From the NCBI GenBank assembly GCA_030390025.1, contig CM059432.1, positions 105,340,001-105,404,000 on the forward strand: a stretch of DNA of 64,000 nt. Direction: 5' to 3'. Within the stretch, counting starts at the first letter, position 1; the number at the start of each line of letters is the position of its first letter. The stretch is from Squalus acanthias (lineage: Eukaryota). Shown piece by piece: positions 62,357 through 64,000 of the stretch. The notes under the pieces were generated by a model that worked only from the letters and a program-made list of their open reading frames with translations, made no database searches and had not been told where the DNA came from. A program made the translations under genes and the position numbers.

Positions 62357-62426
62357 TTAAAATAAAACTGTTGGACTATAACCTGGTGTTGTGCGACCTC
62401 TCAATTTTATAAATAGAGGCATGGAA

Positions 62427-63877
62427 CAGTGCTTCTCAAACTGGGGTCGGCAGACCCTGGGGGTCCATAGAGACTTTCTGCGAAATACTGTGAACGTGAC
62501 CCATTGCTGCGGTTGCACGGGTTGGGCTCATGCTGTTGGCCGTTATTTTGATTTCTTCCGTCCACTCAATCAGGAGTTCGATGTCAGGCCTGGGGGGCCT
62601 GGTGCACTTGCACAGCGAGACACTGGTAAGCGATCGCCGGGGGCCGAGGCAGCTCGGGAAATGGACAAGTAAGTGGATTAGTGGGCCTTCGGACTGACTG
62701 AAAATCCCAAGAGAGCAGACGAGGGGCCCCAGAGACACCGGGAATGGATTTGCAGAGCTGGGGCTGGGGGAGAGTAGGAAGAAGCCATCACGTCAGCCTT
62801 GTCCAAGGGCCTGGAATCACGATCGAGCCAAGCTTCGTTCACTGAGTACGGCAGCTGGGTCTGTGACTGAACCCGGACTAAAGCCACGGTCCCAGTTACT
62901 GGCAGTGTCCCAATGGCAGAAATGCCACACACCATGTAGCATGTCAGCAATATTCCAGCACAGACAGGCTGGTAAACAGCAGAGGGGGCGGGGTGGGGGG
63001 GGGGAGGACAAAATCCTGAAACACTCAGCAGCTGTGCAGTGACTAGGCGAGCGGTGGAGGGTTACACCTGAAATGGTGCCAGTGTTCCAACAGGAGCCAC
63101 TGAGCCTAATCCCACTCCAGGAAGAACAGGGAGGTGCCTTGCGATGAAGTATTCAACAGGCACGTTGCTGAACCTGTTGAGTTACCTTTCAGCTGAAGGA
63201 AAGATAAAAGTTTTCACATCACCAATCACAGCAATGTTCCCTATATCGGACAGCCCTGGCAAAATTTCAGGCAATTCCCTTTAACAGGATGCTGAAAAAG
63301 AAAGACTTGGATTTATACAGCACCTTTTATGACCACCGAACATCCCAAAGCATTTTACAGCCAATGAAGTACTTTTGAAGTGTAGTCACTGTGTAATGTA
63401 GGAAATGCGGCAGCCAATTTGCACACAGCAAGTTCCCACAAACAGCAATGTGATAATGACCAGATAATCTGTTTTTTAGTGATGTTGGTTGAGGGATAAA
63501 TATTGGCCAGGACACCGGGGATAACTCCCCTGCTCTTCTTCGAAATAGTGCCCATGGGATCTTTTACATCCACCTGAGAGGGCAGACGGGGCCTTGGTTT
63601 AATATCCCATCCGAAAGACGGCACCTCCGACAGTGCAGCACTCCCTCAGCACTGCACTGGAGTGTCTGCCTAGATTTTTGTGCTCAAGTCTCTGGAGTTG
63701 GACTTGAACCTACAACCTTCTGTCTCAGAGGTGAGAGCGAGCCACACTCATGAACTTTACATTCAGAAATGTAAATGTGCAAGGAGTTTACAGTATTATA
63801 ATTTAGATGGGGCGGGGGGGGTCTGTGATTACTAATCCATGAAGGGTCCTTCAACCAAAAAATTTTGAGAACCACTG
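62427..63877. mobile_element. hAT-like non-autonomous DNA element inserted in a CR1 fragment
   Basis: TIRs CAGTGCTTCTCAAA / TTTGAGAACCACTG; degenerate 8-bp TSD GCATGGAA / GCAGAGAG; CR1 text (aaatagaggc...gagtataaaagcaagg) continues across it. Confidence 0.75.
63297..63748 (-). mobile_element. Full-length DeuSINE (SacSINE1-like)
   Basis: tRNA-like head with B box GGTTCAAGTCC (63710-63700); Deu-domain-like core ggaggtgccgtctttcggatg...gtaaaagatcccatgg; L2-like tail. Confidence 0.75.
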
Positions 63878-64000
63878 GCAGAGAGTATAAAAGCAAGGAA
63901 GTTATCTAAACCTTTACAAAACATTGGTCAGCCCCCAGCTGGAGTATTGTGTCCAATTCTGGGCACCACACTTTAGGAAGGATGTCAAGGCCTTAGAGAG
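63878..64000 (+). mobile_element. CR1 ORF2 C-terminal fragment running off the window
   Basis: EYKSKEVI...[25 protein letters not shown]. Confidence 0.88.

Larger units (their letters stand above)
59212..62391 (+). mobile_element. Second Penelope-like (Neptune-type) element with an inverted 3' segment (59212-60278) at its 5' side
   Basis: KPADKG, YCLPKIHK, GTAMG, RYIDD, CHGKLCKTC, VVYLIRC...WYIGET; stop at 61263-61265 and frameshift near 61350; the left arm is the reverse complement of 61542-62391. Confidence 0.93.

Overview
Vertebrate nuclear DNA, most likely from a cartilaginous fish (inferred from the repeat families: abundant CR1 LINEs, a SacSINE1-like DeuSINE, Neptune-type Penelope elements, GGG-ended Harbinger MITEs). 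Most of the window is nested transposable elements. These include many CR1 and CR1/L2-group LINE fragments and two young Penelope-like elements (RT + GIY-YIG) plus terminal remnants, with minimal hammerhead ribozyme motifs at their ends. There is also a near-complete CpG-rich Tx1-clade LINE (ORF1 zinc knuckle; ORF2 EN-RT-zf), a Gypsy remnant with Gmr1-like PR-IN order, a solo LTR, a decayed Harbinger transposase, two Harbinger-derived spliced Myb/SANT + coiled-coil genes, several Harbinger MITEs (one nested in itself), a hAT-like element and three minisatellites. The clearest host signal is a probable bidirectional promoter at about 12.35-12.72 kb (divergent ZNF143/SBS motifs, NRF1, CRE, CCAAT, X-box-like). 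Two in-phase candidate coding exons lie on the minus strand and scattered candidate exons on the plus strand. I could not identify the host genes. All family assignments come from motif recognition, not database searches.
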